From Pseudomonadota bacterium (lineage in GTDB: Bacteria; Pseudomonadota; Alphaproteobacteria; Puniceispirillales; Marisalimonadaceae), in NCBI GenBank assembly GCA_027625145.1, contig JAQBXK010000006.1:24260-88259 (forward strand): a stretch of 64,000 nucleotides of DNA, given 5' to 3'. The position numbers were made by a program, and so were the translations under genes. The notes beneath the pieces were generated by a model. The model made no database searches and was not told where the DNA came from. It saw only the letters and a program-made list of their open reading frames with translations. The number at the start of each line of letters is the position of its first letter. Within the stretch, counting starts at the first letter, position 1. Shown here piece by piece: positions 1-7,946 of this stretch.

Positions 1-1775
1 ATATTTTTCGTGGACATGACAATGTTCAAGGTGCAACAGATATGTGTATTTTATCTCACTCATTGCCAGGTTATTATGGATTAGCAGCAGGTTCGTGGAA
101 ACATTGGGCCCGTGTATGGGAAGAAGATTATGATTGGTTAAAGGCAAGATTTGCATCTATAAAAGGAAAAGATGGAAAGACAAAAAGCCTTATGAATGTT
201 AAAGGAATACCTGTTTCAAGATGGATTGATGGTGTTTTAGAAGATAAAGCAAACATCGAGCAACCTGATAATCTAAGAGCTATGGTATTCTGGGGACATG
301 CACCAAACTCTCAAACAAGAATGAAAGAGATGAAAGTCGCTATGGAGAAGTTAGACCTAATGGTTGTAATTGATCCATATCCAACTGTTTCAGCGGTTTT
401 ATCTGATAAGACAGATGGGGTGTATTTGTTGCCTTCAACTACTCAGTTTGAGACATATGGTTCAGTAACAGCTTCAAACAGATCTCTTCAATGGAGAGAA
501 AAAGTAATTGATCCTTCATTTGATTCACTTCCTGACCAAACTATCATGTACAAGTTTGCAAAAAAGTTTGGTTTTGCAGATCGTATGTTTAGAAAAATAA
601 AGATAAATGAAGTAACATACGCAAATAAAGGTACAAAAAGAGAAGGGGTAAAAACTCATGAGGAACCTTTAATTGAAGACATTACAAGAGAGTTTAATGG
701 TGGAATGTGGACTATTGGTTATACTGGTCAGTCACCAGAGAGACTTAAAGCTCATATGAAAAACCAACATGTTTTTGATAGAACTACTCTTAAAGCAGTA
801 GGTGGAGAGCTTGATGGTGAGTATTATGGTCTTCCTTGGCCTTGTTGGGGAACTGCTGATATGAAACATCCAGGTACTCCTCTATTATATGACACATCAA
901 AGCCAGTAGCTGAAGGTGGACTTTGTTTTAGAGCTAGATTTGGAGTGGAACATGAAGGTAACAATTTGTTAGCTGAAGGTTCATATCCAGTAGGATCTGA
1001 AATCAAAGATGGTTATCCTCAATTTACAATGGCAATGCTTAAAAAACTTGGATGGGACAAAGATCTAACAGCCAAGGAAAAAGAAGCTATTGATAAAGTA
1101 GGTGGAGATAAAGCAAACTGGAAGGTAGATTTATCAGGTGGAATTCAAAGGGTTGCAATTAAGCACGGTTGTGCGCCTTTTGGAAATGCTAAAGCAAGGG
1201 TTAAAGTTTGGACATTCCCAGACCCAATTCCATTGCATAGAGAGCCATTATACACTTCTCGTAGAGATCTAGTAGCAGACTATCCAACTTATTCGGATAG
1301 AATGGCATATAGACTTCCTACAATGTATAAGTCTATTCAAGATGTTGATCATACCGCAAAATATCCTCTTATTTTAACTTCTGGAAGATTAGTTGAATAT
1401 GAGGGTGGTGGAGATGAGACTAGATCAAATCCATGGCTTGCTGAATTGCAACAAGATATGTTTGTAGAAATAAGCACATTTGATGCAAATTCAAAAGGTA
1501 TAAGAAATGGAGCAATGGTATGGGTTGCAACACCTGAGGGAGCTCGGATTAAAGTGATGGCGCAAGTTACTGAAAGAGTTGCAAAAGGAGTAGCATTCTT
1601 ACCTTTCCATTTTGGAGGTCATATGGAAGGAAAAGATCTGCGATCTAAGTATCCAGTGGGTTCAGATCCATATGTATTAGGGGAATCAGCAAATACAGCT
1701 TTTACATACGGATATGACGTTGTAACACAGATGCAAGAGACTAAGTGCTCATTGTGTCAAATTGAACTAGCTTAA
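1..1775 (+). CDS. fdhA: Formate dehydrogenase catalytic (alpha) subunit, molybdopterin/tungstopterin oxidoreductase; partial, 5' end outside window
   Basis: The frame is open from nt 3 (IFRGHDNVQGATD...), so the start lies upstream of the window. FdnG-like C-terminal motifs are present (MVVIDPYPT, ILTSGRLVEYEGGG, FLPFHFGG, YDVVTQMQETK). fdhB, fdhC and fdhD follow. Confidence 0.9.
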   Translation, partial: IFRGHDNVQGATDMCILSHSLPGYYGLAAGSWKHWARVWEEDYDWLKARFASIKGKDGKTKSLMNVKGIPVSRWIDGVLEDKANIEQPDNLRAMVFWGHAPNSQTRMKEMKVAMEKLDLMVVIDPYPTVSAVLSDKTDGVYLLPSTTQFETYGSVTASNRSLQWREKVIDPSFDSLPDQTIMYKFAKKFGFADRMFRKIKINEVTYANKGTKREGVKTHEEPLIEDITREFNGGMWTIGYTGQSPERLKAHMKNQHVFDRTTLKAVGGELDGEYYGLPWPCWGTADMKHPGTPLLYDTSKPVAEGGLCFRARFGVEHEGNNLLAEGSYPVGSEIKDGYPQFTMAMLKKLGWDKDLTAKEKEAIDKVGGDKANWKVDLSGGIQRVAIKHGCAPFGNAKARVKVWTFPDPIPLHREPLYTSRRDLVADYPTYSDRMAYRLPTMYKSIQDVDHTAKYPLILTSGRLVEYEGGGDETRSNPWLAELQQDMFVEISTFDANSKGIRNGAMVWVATPEGARIKVMAQVTERVAKGVAFLPFHFGGHMEGKDLRSKYPVGSDPYVLGESANTAFTYGYDVVTQMQETKCSLCQIELA

Positions 1776-1787
1776 GGGAGGCGTAAA

Positions 1788-2378
1788 ATGGCACGAATGA
1801 AATTCTTATGCGACGCAGAAAGATGTATCGAGTGTAACGCTTGTGTAACGGCATGTAAAAACGAGCATGAAGTTCCATGGGGAATTAACAGAAGAAGAGT
1901 TGTAACTATTCAGGATGGTAAACCTGGTGAAAGGTCAATCTCAGTGGCGTGTATGCATTGTTCAGATGCACCATGTATGGCTGTATGTCCAGTAGACTGT
2001 TTTTACCAAACTGAGCAAGGTGTAGTTCTTCACTCTAAAGATCTATGTATAGGTTGTGGATATTGCTTTTATGCATGTCCATTTGGAGCGCCTCAGTATC
2101 CACAAGCAGGAAACTATGGTTCAAGAGGAAAGATGGATAAATGTACTTTTTGTGCAGGTGGTCCAGAAACAGATATGTCTGACTCTGAATTCCAAAAATA
2201 TGGCCGTAACAGATTAGCAGAAGGTAAGTTACCAGTATGTGCAGAAATGTGTTCTACAAAAGCACTTTTAGCAGGTGATGGTGATGAAGTTGCTAACATT
2301 TTCAGAGAAAGAGTTGTCGCACGCGGATTTGGCTCTGGAGCTTGGGGATGGGGAACAGCATACCAATTAAAAAGCTAA
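1788..2378 (+). CDS. fdhB: Formate dehydrogenase iron-sulfur (beta) subunit, 4x[4Fe-4S] ferredoxin type, no membrane anchor
   Basis: Four Cys clusters are present (CIECNACVTAC, CMHCSDAPCMAVCP, CIGCGYCFYACP, CTFC...CAEMC). The protein is 196 aa with no C-terminal TM helix, as in Wolinella-type FdhB. A GGGAGG Shine-Dalgarno (SD) sequence sits just upstream. Confidence 0.9.
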   Translation: MARMKFLCDAERCIECNACVTACKNEHEVPWGINRRRVVTIQDGKPGERSISVACMHCSDAPCMAVCPVDCFYQTEQGVVLHSKDLCIGCGYCFYACPFGAPQYPQAGNYGSRGKMDKCTFCAGGPETDMSDSEFQKYGRNRLAEGKLPVCAEMCSTKALLAGDGDEVANIFRERVVARGFGSGAWGWGTAYQLKS

Positions 2379-2387
2379 ATTAGTTTT

Positions 2388-2422
2388 AAAAAAGGCGGGA
2401 CATAGAATTCCCGCCTTTTTTT
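2388..2422 (+). terminator. Rho-independent terminator-like hairpin between fdhB and the downstream lipoprotein/fdhC genes
   Basis: AAAAAAGGCGGGA-cataga at-TCCCGCCTTTTTTT. The GC-rich 7-bp core stem (2394-2400 / 2409-2415) is flanked by an A-run and a 7-T run. It is conspicuous in an AT-rich background. Confidence 0.8.
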
Positions 2423-2459
2423 ATATTCTATATATACTTAGATTAAAATTGGGGTGAAA

Positions 2460-2660
2460 ATGATAATAAGATTTTATAAAAATCTATTAATAGTGTTGTT
2501 TATAATGAGCACATTTTTAATAAGCTCATGTAGAGAAGATGAGCAAAACAGAGTATTGAATTATAATAAAGGTGTATATCTTGGAGAAAAAGATACCCAA
2601 CTTACAGAGCAACAAATAACAAAATTAAGAATACATACATCTAGACAAAAAAGTAATTAA
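2460..2660 (+). CDS. Small predicted lipoprotein (66 aa from the ATG; the track starts at GTG 2454), unknown function
   Basis: The signal peptide ends in the lipobox-like ISSC (Cys codon 2529-2531). A GGGGTG SD-like sequence lies 5 nt before ATG 2460. The mature part, about 43 aa, is hydrophilic. The gene sits between fdhB and fdhC. Confidence 0.55.
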   Translation: MIIRFYKNLLIVLFIMSTFLISSCREDEQNRVLNYNKGVYLGEKDTQLTEQQITKLRIHTSRQKSN

Positions 2661-2690
2661 TATTTCAAATTTTGTTAGGAGAAAATTAAA

Positions 2691-3728
2691 ATGTTAAAAA
2701 AAATAACAGCTGTAATAATGATGGTATTTATTTTAAATACAATAATTATATCAAATTCAAATACCTCTTTAGCACAGTCTAAAGGAGAAGTTCCTGGTAA
2801 ATCATTAGGAATAAAATCCGATACGGATTTATGGAGATACGTTCGTAATGGTAATGCTGGTACAACACAAATGAAAGATGAGCTTTCAGCAGTGATGATT
2901 CAATCAGAAGGTGATAATTGGAGAGCACTAAGAAATGGTCCAGTCTCAATGTTTGGAGGAATAGGATTAGCAGTAATAATTGCATTACTATTTGCATTTT
3001 ATTTATATAGAGGAAAAATTAAAGTTGAATCAGGATTATCTGGTGACACTATACTACGATTTGCAACATTAGATAGGTTTGCACACTGGTTAATGGCAGG
3101 TTCATTTGTTTTATTAGCTCTTACAGGTTTGAATATACTGTACGGCAGGTACATTTTGATACCTATTTTAGGGCCTGAATTATTTAGTTCAATAACAGTT
3201 GGAGGAAAATATATACATAATTATTTATCCTTTGCGTTTATGACTGGTTTAGCTTTAGCCTTTATACTATGGGTTAAACATAATATTCCTACAAAAATAG
3301 ACTGGCAATGGTTAAAAATGGGTGGTGGAATATTTAAAGCAGGAATGCATCCTCCAGCTAAAAAATTTAATGCAGGTCAAAAGATGATTTTTTGGATCAC
3401 AATGATAGGAGGCTTATCAGTTAGTATGTCAGGCATTGCTCTTATGTTCCCATTTGAGACAAGTATGTTTTCGGAAACTTTTGCATTGCTAAATATATTT
3501 GGTTTAGACCTTCCAACAAATTTAACTGCAATGCAAGAACAACAGTATAATCAATTATGGCATGGAGTTGTTTCATTAGGGTTAATGATAATGATAATTG
3601 CTCATATTTACATTGGTTCTGTAGGAATGGAAGGTGCACTTGATGCAATGAACAGTGGAAAAGTAGATAGAAACTGGGCAAAAGAACACCATAATTTATG
3701 GGTAAAAGAAGAAGACGAAAAATCATAA
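2691..3728 (+). CDS. fdhC: Formate dehydrogenase gamma subunit (membrane di-heme cytochrome b) with N-terminal periplasmic domain
   Basis: It has a signal-like N-terminus and a conserved periplasmic segment (LWRYVRNG...MIQSEGDNWRALRNGP). Multiple TM helices with His residues follow (RFAHWLMAG, IHNY, VKHN, IAHIYIG). This matches the FDH-gamma architecture. Confidence 0.8.
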   Translation: MLKKITAVIMMVFILNTIIISNSNTSLAQSKGEVPGKSLGIKSDTDLWRYVRNGNAGTTQMKDELSAVMIQSEGDNWRALRNGPVSMFGGIGLAVIIALLFAFYLYRGKIKVESGLSGDTILRFATLDRFAHWLMAGSFVLLALTGLNILYGRYILIPILGPELFSSITVGGKYIHNYLSFAFMTGLALAFILWVKHNIPTKIDWQWLKMGGGIFKAGMHPPAKKFNAGQKMIFWITMIGGLSVSMSGIALMFPFETSMFSETFALLNIFGLDLPTNLTAMQEQQYNQLWHGVVSLGLMIMIIAHIYIGSVGMEGALDAMNSGKVDRNWAKEHHNLWVKEEDEKS

Positions 3729-3743
3729 TAACTTATAAATTGC

Positions 3744-5123
3744 ATGGTAAGAATCTATAAAAGTAAAATAATAATGATTTTTGGATTTGATTTTAAAAAA
3801 AGCATTAGGAATGTAATTATATTCCTAATGCCTTTATTTTTAATAAATACTAATGCAAGTGCAATAGAAAAATTAATTGCACATGGTGGTCCAGTAAAGG
3901 GATTGGCGGTTTCAAAAAATAAGGAATATATGGCGAGTGCAAGTTTTGATTATTCAGTGGTATTATGGGGATTAAACCCAATAGAAGAAAAAATGACATT
4001 AATTGGCCATGATGCAGCAGTTAATACAGTAAAATTCTCTCCTAGCAATAACACTTTAGCCTCGGGTGGTGACGATAATAAAATATTGCTTTGGCAACTT
4101 AAGTATCCAATAAAAAAAAATATTTCAATAGAACCTATCATCCTTGGTAAGCATAGAGGAAAAGTTGTTGACTTAGATTTTTCTAAAGATGGTAAATATT
4201 TACTCACAGCAAGTTGGGATGGAAGTATTGGTCTATGGGATATAATAAAAAGAAAAAATATTAAATTTATTAAAGGACATAAAGGGCCAGTATATTCGGT
4301 AAAATACTCCGAAGATAATAGTCAAATATATAGTTCAGGATACGACGGAGAAATAAGATTATGGAATGCTAAAAATGGAAACTTTATCCGACCTCTAGTA
4401 AAAAATGGTTGGGGCATATCAGTATTTGAAGTTAATGAAGAAAAAAATTTTATAGCTTACGGATCAACTGATGGTATTATCAAAGTTGTAAAACTTAATG
4501 AAGATAAAGAAATTCTTAAAATAGGGAATAATAGAACTCCTGTTTTATCTATGTATTATTTAAAAGAAAAAAATTTAATAAGTTTTGGAAATGCAAAAGG
4601 AAGAATGATAATACTTGATACTAATAGTTGGTCATTAGTAAGAGATTTTAATGCAGTAAATGGACCTATCTGGGATAGCATTTTATTTCCAGAAGATACA
4701 TCATTAATAGTAGCGGGATTAGATGACTTTTTAACTAGATGGGAAATATTTGATTTCCCACCTGAAATATTAGATAAACCAGGACCTGCAAGACGATTTA
4801 ACCCAGTAGAAGAAGTTAGCAATGGAGAAAAACAATTTGCTAGAAAATGTAGTGTTTGTCATACTTTAAACTCAGATGGGAAAAAAAGAGCAGGACCTAC
4901 ATTATATAAAGTATTTGGAAGGAAAGCAGGCACATTAAAAGGTTATAAATATTCAGAAGCATTATTAAAATCTAAAATTATTTGGAGTGAAAAAACAATA
5001 AATCAATTATTTCATGAAGGACCGAATAAAGTAACGCCAGGAACTAAGATGCCTATTCAAAAAATGAAAAGGTATGACGACAGAAAAGATCTTATTACGT
5101 TTTTAAAAGAAGCTACAAAGTAA
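3744..5123 (+). CDS. Secreted fusion protein: seven-blade WD40 beta-propeller plus C-terminal class I (mitochondrial/c2-like) cytochrome c domain
   Basis: The signal peptide has an NASA/IE cleavage-like site. Seven WD-like repeats end in LWGL, LWQL, LWDI, LWNA, VVKL, ILDT and RWEI. The C-terminus reads GEKQFARKCSVCHT...GPTLYKVFGRKAG...PGTKMP, with heme motif CSVCH at 4848-4862. The gene starts 15 nt after the fdhC stop. Confidence 0.8.
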   Translation: MVRIYKSKIIMIFGFDFKKSIRNVIIFLMPLFLINTNASAIEKLIAHGGPVKGLAVSKNKEYMASASFDYSVVLWGLNPIEEKMTLIGHDAAVNTVKFSPSNNTLASGGDDNKILLWQLKYPIKKNISIEPIILGKHRGKVVDLDFSKDGKYLLTASWDGSIGLWDIIKRKNIKFIKGHKGPVYSVKYSEDNSQIYSSGYDGEIRLWNAKNGNFIRPLVKNGWGISVFEVNEEKNFIAYGSTDGIIKVVKLNEDKEILKIGNNRTPVLSMYYLKEKNLISFGNAKGRMIILDTNSWSLVRDFNAVNGPIWDSILFPEDTSLIVAGLDDFLTRWEIFDFPPEILDKPGPARRFNPVEEVSNGEKQFARKCSVCHTLNSDGKKRAGPTLYKVFGRKAGTLKGYKYSEALLKSKIIWSEKTINQLFHEGPNKVTPGTKMPIQKMKRYDDRKDLITFLKEATK

Positions 5124-5147
5124 AATTAAATATAAAGGGAGACTATA

Positions 5148-5276
5148 ATGAAAATGGTATTAATAAGCGGATTATTTGGAATAATAGTGGGTGTTGGAGC
5201 TTACTACATATTAATGAGTTTAGGAATGGATACAGCAAGTGTTATGTCTAGTGTAAACGTAAGGCTAACAGACTAA
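5148..5276 (+). CDS. Unannotated 42-aa single-TM peptide (MKMVLISGLFGIIVGVGAYYILMSLGMDTASVMSSVNVRLTD)
   Basis: It is below the ORF-track size cutoff and I read it directly from the sequence. A strong SD, AAGGGAG (5135-5141), lies 6 nt before the ATG. The N-terminal half is hydrophobic and glycine-rich. It fills most of the 184-nt gap in an otherwise compact operon. Confidence 0.5.
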   Translation: MKMVLISGLFGIIVGVGAYYILMSLGMDTASVMSSVNVRLTD

Positions 5277-5307
5277 TTTCTAGTTAATAGAAAATGAAAA
5301 TTAATAA

Positions 5308-6024
5308 ATGAAAATAAAAGAAAAATATATAATAAAAATTTTAATATTAGTTTTCTCATTGTTATCATTTAATTTGGAAGCAAGTGATTCTTCTAATGTG
5401 TGGAATAATGCTTATAAATCAGTTGTTGTAGTTATGCCTACTTGGTCTGGTTATAGCAAGCCAGGTTTTGGTGCACCAAATGGTGTGGCACCTGCAGGTA
5501 CTGGGTTTTATATATCATTAAAAAATAATAAAAAAGTTAGTAATTATATAATTACAGCTGCTCATGTAATTAAAGAATCTAAAAATATAAAAATAAAAAA
5601 TTATCAAAATAAAATAGAGAAAGCAGAATTAATTATTGCTGATAAAAAGCGAGATATTGCAATATTGAAATCTAAAGTAAATGGTCAGGCAATTAAAATA
5701 TCATCCAAAAAAAATGAAATTGGAAATCATGTCTGTGTAATAGGCAATAGTTTTGGTTTAGGACCAAGCTTGTCTTGTGGTGTTATTTCAGCACAAAATA
5801 GACAAAATATAGGTTTTAATGAAATAGAAAATTTTATTCAAACAGATGCAGCTGTAAATCCTGGAGACTCAGGAGGCCCTCTATTAGATAATAATGGAGA
5901 ATTAATAGGTATGTTAGATGCTATCTTTACAAAAGAAGCTGATATTGACGCGGGAGTTAATTTTGCTATACACAATGATTTAATAAATGAATTTATTAAG
6001 CTAAATTTGCATTTGATAAAGTAG
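5308..6024 (+). CDS. Secreted trypsin-like (S1C/DegP-type protease domain) serine protease without PDZ domain
   Basis: It has a signal peptide. The catalytic triad context is TAAHV (His), RDIAIL (Asp) and NPGDSGGPL (Ser). The stop lies 7 nt before moeA. Confidence 0.8.
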   Translation: MKIKEKYIIKILILVFSLLSFNLEASDSSNVWNNAYKSVVVVMPTWSGYSKPGFGAPNGVAPAGTGFYISLKNNKKVSNYIITAAHVIKESKNIKIKNYQNKIEKAELIIADKKRDIAILKSKVNGQAIKISSKKNEIGNHVCVIGNSFGLGPSLSCGVISAQNRQNIGFNEIENFIQTDAAVNPGDSGGPLLDNNGELIGMLDAIFTKEADIDAGVNFAIHNDLINEFIKLNLHLIK

Positions 6025-6031
6025 AGTTGTA

Positions 6032-7261
6032 ATGGAGATAAAACCTACAAAATTAGAAACAGCAAAACAGGATCTATTAAAAAGTATAAATAGTATAGTT
6101 GATAGTGAAGAAATTTTAATAGAACATGCATTAGAACGAGTCGTTAAGACTGAAATTGTTAGTAATATTAATTTGCCTCAAACAGCAAACTCAGCAGTGG
6201 ATGGTTACGGAGTTTTAGCTGAAACATTACATAACAATCATAAAACTGAATTTGATATTGCTGGAATAGCAAAAGCAGGACATCCGTTAAATAAAATTAT
6301 AAAAAAAAATCAAACTGTAGAAATTTATACTGGAGCAGTAATGCCAAAAGGTATAGATGCAATTGCTATGCATGAAAAATGTAAAAGGTTTGGAAATAAA
6401 GTAATAATAAATGAAAATTTATTAAAATATCAAAATATGAGACCTGTAGGAGAAAACCTTAAAAAAGGCGAAGTAGTTGTAAAAAAAGGAAAATTAATAA
6501 ATCCTGCAGATATTGGCCAATTAGCTGCTTCAGGCAATAAGGCTGTGAAGGTTTATAAAAAAATAAATTTGTCAGTAATCTCAACAGGAGATGAATTAGT
6601 TGATACTTCTACTAATCAAATAAATGAAGGTCATATATTTGATTCTAATCGACCAATGCTGCTATCGTTATTCAACAAAAAATATATAAAATTATTTGAT
6701 ATGGGAATAGTTAAAGATAATAGAAAAGATTTAGCTAAAAAGTATGAAAAATGTTTGTCACAAAGTGATGTGGTGATTTCATCAGGAGGAGCTTCAGATG
6801 GTATAGAGGATCATACCCAAAGCGCATTAAAAGACATAGGAGCTAAATGTTTGGTTTGGCAGTTAGCAATGAAGCCAGGCAAACCAATGGCAGTAGGTAT
6901 AATTGAAGGTAAATTAATTTTTTGTTTACCCGGTAATCCGGTAGCTGCATTTGTTTGTGCAAAACTAATAATTAAACCTTTAATAAATAAATTAGCAGGC
7001 TGTGAAGATTTAGAAACATTTACGATAAAATTACCTTCAGGATTTGATCATAATAAAAGAATAGGAAGAGCTGAATATTTAAGGGCAAAAATTATAAATA
7101 ATGATAATGGATCATTTATAACTATACATGGTAGGAAGGGTGCTGGTGTTATTTCATCTTTAACAGGTGCAGATGGCTTAGTTGAAATTCCTCTAGAATG
7201 TGAAATTGTTAGAAAAGGAGATTTACTTAAATTTATTCCTTTTAATCACATAGGTTTATAA
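6032..7261 (+). CDS. moeA: Molybdopterin molybdenum/tungsten transferase MoeA
   Basis: It is 409 aa with MoeA-like motifs (SAVDGYG, ISTGDEL, SGGASDG, KPGKP, LPGNPVAA). Confidence 0.9.
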   Translation: MEIKPTKLETAKQDLLKSINSIVDSEEILIEHALERVVKTEIVSNINLPQTANSAVDGYGVLAETLHNNHKTEFDIAGIAKAGHPLNKIIKKNQTVEIYTGAVMPKGIDAIAMHEKCKRFGNKVIINENLLKYQNMRPVGENLKKGEVVVKKGKLINPADIGQLAASGNKAVKVYKKINLSVISTGDELVDTSTNQINEGHIFDSNRPMLLSLFNKKYIKLFDMGIVKDNRKDLAKKYEKCLSQSDVVISSGGASDGIEDHTQSALKDIGAKCLVWQLAMKPGKPMAVGIIEGKLIFCLPGNPVAAFVCAKLIIKPLINKLAGCEDLETFTIKLPSGFDHNKRIGRAEYLRAKIINNDNGSFITIHGRKGAGVISSLTGADGLVEIPLECEIVRKGDLLKFIPFNHIGL

Positions 7262-7266
7262 TTTAA

Positions 7267-7920
7267 TTAATTAGGTATTAAATTATTATCCCATTTAACA
7301 ATTACATTGAATGAAATTGAAATTCTAGGAAATTCAGACATGTTTGGATGAACTAAATGATGTATGAAGGCTGGCCATAATAATAAATCACCAGATTTAG
7401 GTAAAACTCTATGTTCTGGGTCGACTTGCTTATCACCTTTAATTGAATTCATATTAGCTTGTCCACGTGGGTCAAAAAAACTTATTGAAGCAGGATTTAA
7501 GTCAGATCTAAAAATTTCTGCATCAGATTGATCTGGGACATTCACATAATATGTACCAGACAACCATGAGTGAGGATGGTTGTGCAAATTATGATAATCA
7601 CCTTTCATATTAACATTTCCCCATCCTTGAATAGACCATCTTAATTCATAGGAAATTCCAGATTTTTGAGCATAATCAAATATTGCTTTATCAATACATT
7701 GTTTTAACCAAAACATCACAGGATGGTCCATATTAAGTATATTTTGAGCAATGTAATTTTCAGTCATGTTATCTTGAGAAATGTTATTTGACAAAACTAT
7801 TCCTGAAATAACAGGGTTAGCCGTTTCAAAGCCAGGTAAACTCATTTCTAAAAATTGAGTAGGCCAAAGATCTAAAAATTTTGGTTTGATAGAATTATTA
7901 TTTTTCACTCGTCTAACCAT
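7267..7920 (-). CDS. Putative 2OG-Fe(II) oxygenase-like protein (PF13759 / TIGR02466-like), function unknown
   Basis: Motifs HNHPHSWLSGTYYV and LLLWPAFIHHLVHPN...RISISFN resemble that family. It is the last gene of a co-oriented modE-like / fdhD / mobAB string. Confidence 0.6.
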   Translation of the reverse strand: MVRRVKNNNSIKPKFLDLWPTQFLEMSLPGFETANPVISGIVLSNNISQDNMTENYIAQNILNMDHPVMFWLKQCIDKAIFDYAQKSGISYELRWSIQGWGNVNMKGDYHNLHNHPHSWLSGTYYVNVPDQSDAEIFRSDLNPASISFFDPRGQANMNSIKGDKQVDPEHRVLPKSGDLLLWPAFIHHLVHPNMSEFPRISISFNVIVKWDNNLIPN

Positions 7921-7946
7921 TGTAAACTCCAGAATAAGGATTTGTT

